A stretch of DNA of 64,000 nt from Podarcis erhardii (lineage: Eukaryota). The notes under the pieces were generated by a model. The model was not told the DNA's origin, did no database searches, and saw nothing but the letters and a program-made list of their open reading frames with translations. The stretch's first letter is position 1; the number at the start of each line of letters is the position of its first letter. A program made the translations under genes and the position numbers. The stretch lies in assembly GCA_964252035.1 (NCBI GenBank), contig CAXUOO010000025.1; one strand, written 5' to 3'. Positions 14,319 to 24,020 of this stretch are shown one piece after another.

Positions 14319-15981
14319 CTAATCCTTTTTCATCGCATATGCATATTCGGTTCCCGCTTCAATAAATGTGCTGCTAACACGTTTGTAAGCGGTTAAGTTT
14401 ATATGTATGCCGATAACATTCGCATATGATGGGTGAAAATTCGCATGTTGTATACGCACGTATATATATATGTACATATATGATGAGTGCAAAGCACATT
14501 TGAACATAAACCAGTTGCGGTGTTGTGTCTGCCGACTGCATTAACCCTTGGAACGAAGAGACATAAAAACGTGCTTTAACCTGGTTGAATGCAGAATCAC
14601 TCAGAAAGTTAAAGGTTAGAGTTGAACGGCAATTCGTATGCAATGCTCATTTACATCTCTTTACGCTCAAGCCTGGAGACCGCCATGAGCTCTCTGCAAA
14701 AAAAAAAAGCTTCTTAATCGCTAGCCACATTGCTTTTAGTTAGGTTGCATGAACTGACTAATGAATGCACGGGGTGAAGTAATGCTTTTCAGGTAGATTC
14801 TTTTTACGGTGTGTTGCAAGTCTGAAATTCGATACAAGAAGGTGCACAATTTTCTGCAGCAGACATAGATAACTGTTTCTATAACGAACATACATGTATA
14901 ATTCTAGGCGTACATATATGTAGAAATATATATACAATTTGAACTATATATTCGAGAAACCATACTATTTAATGACACTCATTTGACTACAATGAAGATG
15001 TGGATTAGAGAGTACAACACTGGAATTAAAAGTAAATTTTCTTTTTTAAAATATTGATACTTTTTCGCCTGCTCTCCGATATTCGTCAGCAGCAACTTGT
15101 CTGTTGCAGCCTCATTCGCGACTAAAAGAAGCGATGCTATCGCAGAGCAACTTTCAGGAGATATATATACATTTATTATTCATGAGCGTGTATGCATACT
15201 AATCCACATATGTTTGAAGGGGTATGCAAACTGATTGTACTTCAGAACAGATAAAGGGTATACAGGATACTGCCGATTGCTCCACGTAATTCGTAACAAA
15301 ATGGTATCATGGCAAGTTACATGCGGTAGCAGGACAACTATTTCTGTGACTTTCTATACAGTGCGCTTTCTCTCTTACAAAAAAAGCTATTACAGAAGAA
15401 TTTATGTGGACTACACGGCAGTCTCGTCATAGAGGGAGCATAGTATGCCATACCTTTACTTCTATACGTACCTACGTGTAAGTACACGTGTTATTTATAT
15501 ATATATATATATATATATAGGCGAAACTCCAAAAATCCTGTTTTGTTGTCTTTTCCTTTCCAGACGTAAAAAAAGATCAGGAAAGATGTAGAGCACAGAA
15601 ACTAGTTTACTTTTGAATATTAAATACCGTATTGCTACTCGTTGAATAGCAACCAATATATGTATAGCGGCACGTGTAATGCAACTAGATTTAGCGTAGA
15701 GTCACCGGTGAGCCGTTGCTCAAAGACACTCGAAGCGACGCAAGATTATTTTTTACAATATATACATGTTGAGCTTTAAGTTATAATGAAAGCGAAAACT
15801 TACCAATATGATGCCAGCTTCATGTATCCAAAGACTATTGGTATGGTGGTGGGCGCATGCCACGACAAGGCTTGATTACAACACAAGTATTGCCAGTACC
15901 GAACATTGCAGCAACCTATGCTTTGACAAGAAAATGGAACTTCGCTTTCGCCTCGCAACTTGCAAATACTTACATATTCAT
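14319..15981 (-). CDS. Hypothetical small protein (about 125 aa), 6 exons
   Basis: Phase-consistent exons 15981-15974 (possibly extending to 16032), 15870-15804, 15353-15241, 15150-15061, 14693-14655, 14373/14370-14319. Product: MNILVVACAHHHTNSLWIHEAGIILKVTEIVVLLPHVTCHDTILLRITWSNRQYPVYPLSVLNCSAIASLLLVANEAATDKLLLTNIGEQAKKELMAVSRLERKEI(S)TFIEAGTEYAYAMKKD*. Two donors are GTAAGT; two acceptors are the weaker AAG type. No family recognised. Confidence 0.45.
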
Positions 15982-16199
15982 GCAAGCTCTGCATTTTTTA
16001 ACCGAGCGCTTGACCCTCTGGGTCACGTCAATCTACAAAGTAGCACTGCGTACGTTTTCTGTATGCATAATACATGTAGAAATTTTTTTGCGCAAAATAA
16101 ATAAATACAAATGTATATATGTATATGTACATAACTTTGATTAGCGTTGATATACATATGCATCATCAATTTTCGAAATACATGAAGATCAACTATTAG

Positions 16200-16242
<43 letters not shown>

Positions 16243-16733
16243 GAGCTGATCTGATTTTAGGTTTATATCTTCATAGCGTACATTGATTATACCTGGCTTT
16301 AGCGTTTAAGGTGAAATCGGCGGCCCCAAAAGTGTTTGAATCCCCGAGAAAAATACCAGTACATGCATATACCAGAACAAGCTTGGAGATTTTTTCGCGT
16401 GCATATACAGAGGATCAAACATTGGCGTCCCCTTTCAGTAGAACGCTGCCTAGAATGCACTTGTTGGCCCGTCGTCGCTTGTAAGCTTGACGTCAAATGA
16501 CACTACTACTGTCAAGTAGACGCAAACCACATAAGTTAAAAAGAGATCCATTCCGCGAATCACTGCGGAATTTTTTCACAACTAGATACCACAACCAGCA
16601 GGTTTACGTAGTAAAAACAACCTTAATGCGACATTAAATTTCTGCTCGAAGGTACGTGATTCTATCTATCCCCATAACTGACTACACACACACGCGTGTC
16701 GACCGCCACACTCTCGAGTTGGAAGACAGCAAG

Positions 16734-19700
16734 TTATCGACAGAGACTGAGCAACAAAGCCAAGACCATCTTCGCGAGTTCGCGACAACTCGCATCAGGA
16801 TCAAACTGGATTTGTTTCTTCAACTCCTCCGCCAGCCGAAGAACACCGGGGAGCTGGCCACACGTTTCTGAATACGTTTGAAAGAGACTGCTGCTGTGTG
16901 AGAACTGTGTGAGGGCTGGAAGAGCCCAACTGTGTTGTTGCTGCACTGAAGCGTAGCAGCCACCAGCAGACACAGACAAAGAATCACAAGCGAAAGCGTC
17001 TTCTAGCCAACTCAGAAGCAGCTCTTCACAGACACCGGCAGTGAAGAGAGCAGCGAGCAAGCCAAGCACTGCGCGGCGAACGCCGCGATCCGCATGCACT
17101 TTCAAGAACAGCGCAACGTTCACTACAAAAGGCACAACGTCTCCCATGTCGAGACTGGCTTTTCCTGCCTGTTGCAGACAGACGCCGACGACTGCCAGCA
17201 AGCCCGCCAGCACCGTCGGCTGCTGCTGCTGAACAGACGCACTGAAGACAGTCACCGAAGAAAACACTTGTGATGAGTCTCGCCTAGTCTGCAACACACC
17301 ACCCAGCAACTGCCAGCAAATCTCTGCAGCAAGCGGCGCCAGCAAGTTCCTGTACACTCGTTCAGGTGCTGTTCGACTCCTCGAGTCGTCTCTTCTCCAC
17401 ACCACCACACCCGCTCGTCTGTCTGCCACTTTCACAAGTGCATCATTCTGTCTACAATTCACACCAACAGCAGAAACAGCAGAAACAGCAGCAGAGCCCA
17501 GATTCACAGCAGCAGAGCCCAGATTCACAGCAGCAGAGCCCACATTCACAGCAGCAGGATCCACATTCACAGCAGCAGCTCGCATAGAAGCAGAGATTCT
17601 TCGCGGAGGTGACTTGAGTGGTTGTTCAGAGAGTCCACGCAAGAAGCTGCAGTCGTCAGAGGGAGCACCCACAGCGAGCCAGCAGAGAGCGCGCTGCAGC
17701 GAGTCGAGCAGCAGCAACTGCTGCGCCACTGAAAGTTGCTGCGAGGACTGCTGCAGAGCAGCACAAACTAGTGGCAGCAGTTTGCGAATTTGCAGAGCGA
17801 GCAACGCAGCCAGGGCGAGCCGTCTGGCAGCTTCGCCGCAAAACACGGAAGGAAAGGGAGAGGCGACTGCGTGGGGTCTGCTGCACTCATCATCTTCGCT
17901 GCTTTCGCCACTGCTAAAGGAATCGGTTAAAGTCTGCACTTTCGCGCAAGTAGCACCACCACCACAAACACCACCACCACCAGCAGCAGAGAAAAGCTTG
18001 AGAGAAGAGGCGTCGACGTGGAGGAGAGCGTGGAAGAGCTGAGCACTGAGGGTGGAGTCGCCGAACTCCCCGTAGTAGTCTTCGGCTGCAGCAGCGCTGC
18101 TGCTCTCCTCCTCCTGGTCCACTTGCCAGCACCACTCCCCCTGCATGCGCTGCCGCAGCTGCTGCTGCAGCAGAAGAAGCGGCGTGCAGTAGTGCAGCGC
18201 AGCACTGAGTCGGAAGAGACGGCGACTGGGCAGTTCCTCAGCTGCTCTGCGTCTCTTTTCAGCTGCTGCTTTTGTTGTTTTCTCTTCTTCTTCGCCTCCT
18301 CCTCCACTACTGGCGCACTCAGTGCTGCCTTGCAGCCACTCCAGCACTTGTCGCAGACTCTGCGGCGACAGTGCAGCACAGCAGTCGCCAGCCAGTGCGC
18401 CAGCTGCTGGCTCCACTAGCAACAAACTCGAGCCAGTCTGCTCTGTTGGGGAAGTGGCCACTGCTCCTTCTGCTGTTGCTCCTTTTGCTGCAGAGAGGCC
18501 CGCTAGTGAGTAGTGCGCAGAACGCAGCGGCACCAAGTCGGGCAAGTTCCTGAAGTAACTTTCATCTTCGTCGCTTCCACTGGAAAAAGGAGAAGAAGAA
18601 GAGGAGGCGGCTTCTTCGTTTTCTTCGTCTTCTTCTTTCTCCATTTCCACCTTGATGCGAAAGCCCCCGACAGTGGAGCAGTTGGAGGCTCCGGTGCTTT
18701 GTTGTCTACCAGTCGTGCACTGTAAAGACTGCTGCTTCTCCTCCTGCTTCTTCACTAAACTTCGCTGCTTGGCTTCCACTTGGGCTGCGAGATTGCTGCC
18801 GTTTTGGGTGGTTGGCTCCACTGCAGTCGTTGTTGCGAGAAAGGGGGCGCTCGTCTCTTCGGCTGCATGCGCCAGACTCCCCCTTTTCTCGTCTCTGTGT
18901 TGTGAAGTCGCCGACGACAACTGCGCCTGCTTCGTGGTCGTTGGTGGCTGCTCTTCTTCTTGTCGGCGCAGCTGCTGCAGACGACCGCGCAGCTTCAGCG
19001 CCTCGAGAAAAGGCACCAGCGGCTCCCCTTCTTCCAACCTCAAAAGAAGAAGGCTTTTTTGACTACTGTTGATGCACAGATGCAAGTTCTTCGACGAAAC
19101 TGCTTCGGAGTTCGCTTCTTCTTCACCAGTGAGTGTTCCTCGCTCCACAACACCCACCAGTGAGGAAGCAGAACCCAAAGTCCGCAGTTGCCCGTTGTTG
19201 ATGCTGTTAGTGCTGTTAGTGCTGTTAAAGTTGCCACTGGTTTGCATCGACAAGTGCAGGGAAAGAAGCGCACTGTTTTCTCGAGAGAAAAGTTGCTGTG
19301 CGGAGTTGCGCAGTTCCGAGCGCGGCCGCAGCAGCCACTGGTGGTTGTTTGCAGCAGCAGTCGCAGCTTGCAGCCAATTCCGCAAAAGTGAGTGCGTTTG
19401 ATTGCGCAATAGCTTCAACTCTCGAAAGCGCATCACGAGCGGCTTGCGACGCAACTCCACACAGCCAGCACTAGCACCAACACCACTAGAACGCATGGAG
19501 CTGCTTTTTCCACCCTCACTGTCGCGCTTTCTGCTCTCACTTTCGCTCCGAATTTCGCCCCCACTCCTGCCACTGTCTTCGCTGCTCTTTCTCCGCCCTT
19601 GCGACTTTGCATGCAGCCACGCAGCTAGTGCCTCGGCAGTGAGCATGGCTGCGCACCGAATGGCTGCTTCCGCGCTGCCTAGGCGGCTGTGGATGCCTTG

Positions 19701-22700
19701 CATGAAGCAGCCAATTTCGGCCTCGCCTATCAAAGTCGACAAGTTTTTACAAACCTCTCTGACCACTGCAAGTGCCTTCTCCGTCGCCCATCTTCTCTCC
19801 TCCTTCTCCTCAAAGTCTGCACCCACTCTCTCTGCTGTTGTTTTTGTCGTTGTATTCGTAGTTGTTGTTGTGTTTGTTGTTGTTCCAGCTGCTTGTATGG
19901 AGTCTGCTTCTGCGGCTGCTGTAGTAGGGGCTTTCTCTGTGAAGAAGGGAACTTTCGCTTTTTCAGAAGAATGGAGTAGTAGTGCAGGGGTCTGAGCATT
20001 TGCAGCAGAAGTTTGTTGCGTTGGGGCTCTCGGTGCTTCGCCACCACCACCATCAACTGCAGCAGAAAAACTACGCATACTACTACTAGTAGTAGTACTA
20101 GTAGTAGTCGTTGAAGCAGTTGTGGGCTCGAAACCCAAGCCAGCACCATCATCAGCAGCAGCAGCAGCAGTAGTATTATTGTTGTGAGTACTGTTATTAG
20201 TGGTTGCAGCAGTAGTAGTATTATTCTTACTCTTAGTAGTGGTTGCAACAAAGTAAGCAGCTATGATTATAGCTTGAGGCAAGTTGTGCAGTGAGCGAAT
20301 GAGACAACACGCGAGACGCAGATGTTGCTGCAGTGAGAGCACAGGCAGCAGCGCTTCGTCAGCCCAGAGCTGAAGAAATCGCCGAAACATGTCTGCAAAG
20401 GCTGCTGCGAGAGTTGGCGAAAAAACGAGCAGTCTCTCACTACCACTACTTCTACTACTACTACTATTATTACTATTACTACTATTGCCACCACCACCAT
20501 CATCATCGACTGTGGTTGTTCCCCTTTTGAGAGCTGCGTTTGTCTCCGCCTTCTCCTTCTTCTTCACCACCTCGCAGTCCTCCTCGTCGTCGTCGTCAGT
20601 GGCTGCAGTAGTACTAGTAGCCGTACTAGCAGTAGTAGTAGTTGTATTAGTACTAATAGTACTCGTAGTAGTACTCGTAGTAGTGGGTGTGGGGAGATTT
20701 GTGAGTTCGTTGCTGCTGCTTTTTTGCTCCTCTTTACTGGGCGACTTTCTCGCAGCAGCAAAGAGCGGCAAGGAAAAACCACTGGAGACAGCAGCAGTGC
20801 CAGAGAGCACGTCGAGAAGGGCGAGAGTTGCAGGCAAGGGGAAGTGGCTGCTGCATGCAGTCGAAGTTCCAACAACAGTGGGCAATAGAAAACGCACCAG
20901 CAGCAGCTGCAGCAGCGAACAGTCCGTCGAAAAACTCAAGGCGCCTGCAGTGGGGGCCCAAGGCACTCGCTGCTGCTGCGTCCGCGGGCTCTCTTCTTCT
21001 CTCGACGACGCCCACAACAAAGACGAAGAAGAAGAAGAGGAAGAAAAAGAAGAAAAAGAAGAGGAAGAGAAAGAGGAAGAAGAGGAAGAGAAAGAAGAAG
21101 GGAGGTTGCTGCGCTGACTGTTGTTTTGTTTGCAGTGAGTGTGGTTGCTGCTGCTGCTGTTAATGCAGAGACCCAGTAGAAGTTGCTGCAGCAGTCGCAG
21201 TGCTGCGGGGTGATGCACACACAGCTGAACGCCGTTTTCTAAAGAAGAAGAAGCACTAGTTGCTTGGTTGCTTTCAAGGCCACTCGTTTTTTTCGCAGAC
21301 GAAGCTTCTGCCAAGTAGAAGAAGCCAGCGAGGTGCTTCAGAACTGCCTGCGCCAGCTGCAAGGCTTCACCAGCAGCAGAAACCACAGCCAGTTGCTTCA
21401 GCAACTGCTGCAGACTCAGCACCAAGTCACTCACTTCTTCCTCAGCTGTCGTCTCAACATCTACTGCTGCTGCTGCTGCCCCACCAAAAACTCGCCCAAC
21501 GACGTCGGTGCCAAAAGCAGCTGAAAAATCCACGCCTTCTTCTTTCCCACAAATAGCAGCACCAGCAGCAGTAGAAGTGGAAGTGGAAGTGGAAGTGGAA
21601 GAAGGAGTTTTTGTGTGATTCTCGATAGAACAGGTGTCTGCTCTGGACTCTTCAGAACAGGGGAGGACATGCATGCGCAGCAGCAACTGCACGAGCCACT
21701 CAGCCGCAAACGCGTCAACATGTCCTCGCATGATGAAGCGCCTGGTGGCACTCAAAAAAAGTGCTGAAGAAAACGTTGTTGTTGGAGCAGCAGCAGCAGC
21801 AGGCACAGTTGCCAGCACAGCTCGCCGCTTCTTTGGGTCGCGAAAACAGCTGGATTTTTCAGGCTGAAGACGACTAGGCGCTGTACATACAGCAGACGGC
21901 GTCGACGAGGCTTTCTCGTTTTCCGAGTGAAGCGTCAGAGACTGCACTGACTGCAGTGTCTGCGCTTCAGAAAGACGGCTTCGCAGCCACCCCCAAGAAG
22001 CCAGCAGCAGAAGCTGCGCCACTCGCAGCTCCACAGCCGCTGGACTCAACTGCAACTGCAAAGCTTCCTGCTCAGCCACACAAAGACCGAAGGCTCTAGG
22101 CAGCAAAAACTGGAGTTCTTGAATCAAACAAGGCAGAGCCAGCAGTTGCTGCAGCCACCTTCCCTGCTGCTGTGGGCTGTTGGCTTCGTAGAAACTGTCT
22201 TCGCTTCTTCTGCTGCTGCTGAGTCGCTCACTAGGCTGCTGAGTGTTGGTGCTGCCTGAGTCGCTCAGCAAAGCCAGCAAAGCCGGCAAATCACCCAGGA
22301 AATTCGAGATAGTGTTCATCAGCAGAAACACAGACTCCTGCTGTTGTCGCTGTAGTTCTAGAGTAGTAGTAGTCGTAGTGTTGATAGTCCTAGTACGACT
22401 ATCACTACTAGTAGTAGGAGGAGGAGGAGTAGAGCCGCTGAGGAGTTGTGTGTGAGGTGGTGGTGGGCTCAGGGTGGGAAACAGCAGCAGAGTCGTCGAA
22501 GGCGAGGTGCGTCTCAGCACGGAAGCAGACTCAGACAGACACTCGTAAAACGCATGCAAAATTTCGCTGGATGTGTAGAGAGAGATGTGCAGCGGAGGTC
22601 TAGATGAAAGCGAAGACCAGTTGTCGTTGCGGGCGTTGGGGTGGTGGCTGACACTGCTGTTCTTCTCACTGGCAGAATCTCTGCCGTAGCTGTTGACGAG

Positions 22701-24020
22701 AACAGCGCTCTTTCTAGTATTAGTATTGCACTGGCTGTCGCTGCTGCGGCGTCTGTGGATGTTGCCACTGCTGCTGCTGCTGTCCCGACACTTGCACATC
22801 GTCGTCTTCGAAAAGTTGCTTGTTGACTCCTCTGCTACTACTGCTACTCTACGAGAAGTGGCGGTGAAGAAGCTGCTGCGGCTTCTACGACTGCTGCTGC
22901 TCTTGTTGTGGCTGACTGTGCTGCTACTGGTCGAGTTGTGGGTGTCGTCGCTTGACAGGCTGAAGCGTTGTCTGCAAGCAGAAACTTTGGTTTGTCTGCA
23001 GATTCGGCTGTTTTCGGTTGCTGCCTTTTCCTTGTCTGTGCTGGAGTTCTTTCGGTCTCGATGAAGATCTAACCAACTGCCGCCTGCAAGAAGGTTGCTG
23101 CTGTTCGCGTTCGAAAAGTCCAGAGAATCAGCTGCCACACCACAACTTGCACGACTGCGGCTGCAAGCTTCGATACTGGGCACAGCTGAGCAGTTGAATC
23201 CACTCATATTCTTCCCTTTTTTTTGGACTTGCGTGTGTAGAGGCTCGAACGCAGGAGGGCCTTTCTGCGCAGATTCACAACAAGTCACTGCAGCTTCTTT
23301 GAAAGCTGCTGTCTCTACGTCGTCTGCTCTACTATTGGGCCTGCTGCTGCAGACACTTGTGCCATACCTGTCTTTGCTGGTGCAGAGCGCTTCAACGACT
23401 TGCGCTAGCTCCGGACTAAGCGCCAGCTGCCCAGCAACAAGTGCATGCAGCACACGCAGCAGCAGTGGAGGGGGAGAAGTCCACTGCGGCCTAGTTTCTC
23501 TCTTCTTTTCTGTTGAAGCACTGGAGAGAAAAAACTGCTTGGAGGGTGGTGAGAGACTGGCTGCTGCGAAGAACGAGTAGAGAAGTGCAGTTTTTTCTTC
23601 TGAGGTGGCGGAGCAGCTCTGCATGCGAGACAAAAAGGCACTCAGTTCACATGTGTTGCTGCTGCACTGTAGTAGTGGAGTGCTTGGATTGTCGTCACCA
23701 TCGAGATTCTCGCTGGTGCTAGTGCACTTGTTGGCGTCGTTGTTGCAGCAGCTACGTGTGCTGCTGCTGCTCCTCCTCATCATGCAGCAGCAATAAAGAC
23801 TCTTTCTACAGCTGCCACTTTTGCATCTGCTGTGGCCGCAGTCGCAAGTGGTCTGTCTGCTCGTGCAGTGCACGGCGTCGCTTGGATTTCTCTTGCATTC
23901 ACTGTCGCTACAAATTTTGCCGTTTCTGCCGCGGTTGTGGCTGTCACTGGTGCTGCTGCTGCAGCTGCGGGAACCGTGAGAAAACTCAAAACTCTCACTA
24001 GAGAACTGCAATGGCTGCAT
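16734..24020 (-). CDS. TEL2: Telomere length regulation protein TEL2/TELO2 homolog (TTT co-chaperone subunit); single ORF of about 2428 aa with extensive low-complexity insertions
   Basis: Uninterrupted ORF; the track start at 24047 is TTG and the first ATG is at 24020. TEL2-like motifs in order: FMQGIHSRLGSAEAAIRCAAMLTAEAL (about 19620-19707; cf. GVxxRLxSxxxxxRxxGMxVAE), acidic SGSDEDES (about 18555-18587), PQSLRQVLEWL, RRLALAALLA...LSVAQQLLLLDSL, YRNLLAPLAAEICWQLL, LKVHADRGVRRAVL, DPDASCRELA. Confidence 0.85.
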   Translation of the reverse strand: MQPLQFSSESFEFSHGSRSCSSSTSDSHNRGRNGKICSDSECKRNPSDAVHCTSRQTTCDCGHSRCKSGSCRKSLYCCCMMRRSSSSTRSCCNNDANKCTSTSENLDGDDNPSTPLLQCSSNTCELSAFLSRMQSCSATSEEKTALLYSFFAAASLSPPSKQFFLSSASTEKKRETRPQWTSPPPLLLRVLHALVAGQLALSPELAQVVEALCTSKDRYGTSVCSSRPNSRADDVETAAFKEAAVTCCESAQKGPPAFEPLHTQVQKKGKNMSGFNCSAVPSIEACSRSRASCGVAADSLDFSNANSSNLLAGGSWLDLHRDRKNSSTDKEKAATENSRICRQTKVSACRQRFSLSSDDTHNSTSSSTVSHNKSSSSRRSRSSFFTATSRRVAVVAEESTSNFSKTTMCKCRDSSSSSGNIHRRRSSDSQCNTNTRKSAVLVNSYGRDSASEKNSSVSHHPNARNDNWSSLSSRPPLHISLYTSSEILHAFYECLSESASVLRRTSPSTTLLLFPTLSPPPPHTQLLSGSTPPPPTTSSDSRTRTINTTTTTTLELQRQQQESVFLLMNTISNFLGDLPALLALLSDSGSTNTQQPSERLSSSRRSEDSFYEANSPQQQGRWLQQLLALPCLIQELQFLLPRAFGLCVAEQEALQLQLSPAAVELRVAQLLLLASWGWLRSRLSEAQTLQSVQSLTLHSENEKASSTPSAVCTAPSRLQPEKSSCFRDPKKRRAVLATVPAAAAAPTTTFSSALFLSATRRFIMRGHVDAFAAEWLVQLLLRMHVLPCSEESRADTCSIENHTKTPSSTSTSTSTSTAAGAAICGKEEGVDFSAAFGTDVVGRVFGGAAAAAVDVETTAEEEVSDLVLSLQQLLKQLAVVSAAGEALQLAQAVLKHLAGFFYLAEASSAKKTSGLESNQATSASSSLENGVQLCVHHPAALRLLQQLLLGLCINSSSSNHTHCKQNNSQRSNLPSSFSSSSSSFSSSSFSSFSSSSSSSSLLWASSREEESPRTQQQRVPWAPTAGALSFSTDCSLLQLLLVRFLLPTVVGTSTACSSHFPLPATLALLDVLSGTAAVSSGFSLPLFAAARKSPSKEEQKSSSNELTNLPTPTTTSTTTSTISTNTTTTTASTATSTTAATDDDDEEDCEVVKKKEKAETNAALKRGTTTVDDDGGGGNSSNSNNSSSSRSSGSERLLVFSPTLAAAFADMFRRFLQLWADEALLPVLSLQQHLRLACCLIRSLHNLPQAIIIAAYFVATTTKSKNNTTTAATTNNSTHNNNTTAAAAADDGAGLGFEPTTASTTTTSTTTSSSMRSFSAAVDGGGGEAPRAPTQQTSAANAQTPALLLHSSEKAKVPFFTEKAPTTAAAEADSIQAAGTTTNTTTTTNTTTKTTAERVGADFEEKEERRWATEKALAVVREVCKNLSTLIGEAEIGCFMQGIHSRLGSAEAAIRCAAMLTAEALAAWLHAKSQGRRKSSEDSGRSGGEIRSESESRKRDSEGGKSSSMRSSGVGASAGCVELRRKPLVMRFRELKLLRNQTHSLLRNWLQAATAAANNHQWLLRPRSELRNSAQQLFSRENSALLSLHLSMQTSGNFNSTNSTNSINNGQLRTLGSASSLVGVVERGTLTGEEEANSEAVSSKNLHLCINSSQKSLLLLRLEEGEPLVPFLEALKLRGRLQQLRRQEEEQPPTTTKQAQLSSATSQHRDEKRGSLAHAAEETSAPFLATTTAVEPTTQNGSNLAAQVEAKQRSLVKKQEEKQQSLQCTTGRQQSTGASNCSTVGGFRIKVEMEKEEDEENEEAASSSSSPFSSGSDEDESYFRNLPDLVPLRSAHYSLAGLSAAKGATAEGAVATSPTEQTGSSLLLVEPAAGALAGDCCAALSPQSLRQVLEWLQGSTECASSGGGGEEEEKTTKAAAEKRRRAAEELPSRRLFRLSAALHYCTPLLLLQQQLRQRMQGEWCWQVDQEEESSSAAAAEDYYGEFGDSTLSAQLFHALLHVDASSLKLFSAAGGGGVCGGGATCAKVQTLTDSFSSGESSEDDECSRPHAVASPFPSVFCGEAARRLALAALLALQIRKLLPLVCAALQQSSQQLSVAQQLLLLDSLQRALCWLAVGAPSDDCSFLRGLSEQPLKSPPRRISASMRAAAVNVDPAAVNVGSAAVNLGSAAVNLGSAAVSAVSAVGVNCRQNDALVKVADRRAGVVVWRRDDSRSRTAPERVYRNLLAPLAAEICWQLLGGVLQTRRDSSQVFSSVTVFSASVQQQQPTVLAGLLAVVGVCLQQAGKASLDMGDVVPFVVNVALFLKVHADRGVRRAVLGLLAALFTAGVCEELLLSWLEDAFACDSLSVSAGGCYASVQQQHSWALPALTQFSHSSSLFQTYSETCGQLPGVLRLAEELKKQIQFDPDASCRELAKMVLALLLSLCR
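17400..24000 (-). repeat. Trinucleotide tracts (CAG/GCA/AGC, ACT/AGT, TCT, GAA) encoding poly-A, Q, S, T and E
   Basis: For example gtagtagta runs at 20086-20110 and 20622-20682 (poly-Thr), ctactacta at 20450-20485, gaagaagag at 21025-21099 (poly-Ser). Confidence 0.95.
17489..17577 (-). repeat. In-frame 21-bp tandem repeat (about 4 copies) in the TEL2 CDS
   Basis: Plus-strand unit cagcagagcccagattcacag, encoding AAVNVDP-AAVNVGS-AAVNLGS-AAVNLGS. Confidence 0.95.

Larger units (their letters stand above)
1961..16239. repeat. Dense (TA)n microsatellites in the introns and intergenic DNA of the left repeat-rich block
   Basis: Arrays at, for example, 1961-1980, 2941-2970, 4931-4970, 6449-6490, 7911-7952, 8033-8099, 11369-11409, 13461-13502, 14019-14068, 16202-16239. 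Further arrays occur at 25.7-32.1 kb, 37.9-38.1 kb and 53-60 kb. Confidence 0.98.

Noticed and set aside
15804-15870. Na+/H+ exchanger-like WIHEAGIIL segment
   Set aside because: The rest of the spliced product is small and not multi-TM, so this is a chance resemblance.
900-16300. Many short ORFs containing YIYIYI/IYIYIY runs (also at 28-32 kb and 53-60 kb)
   Set aside because: They are translations of (TA)n microsatellites, which lack stops in those frames; they lie in introns or intergenic DNA.
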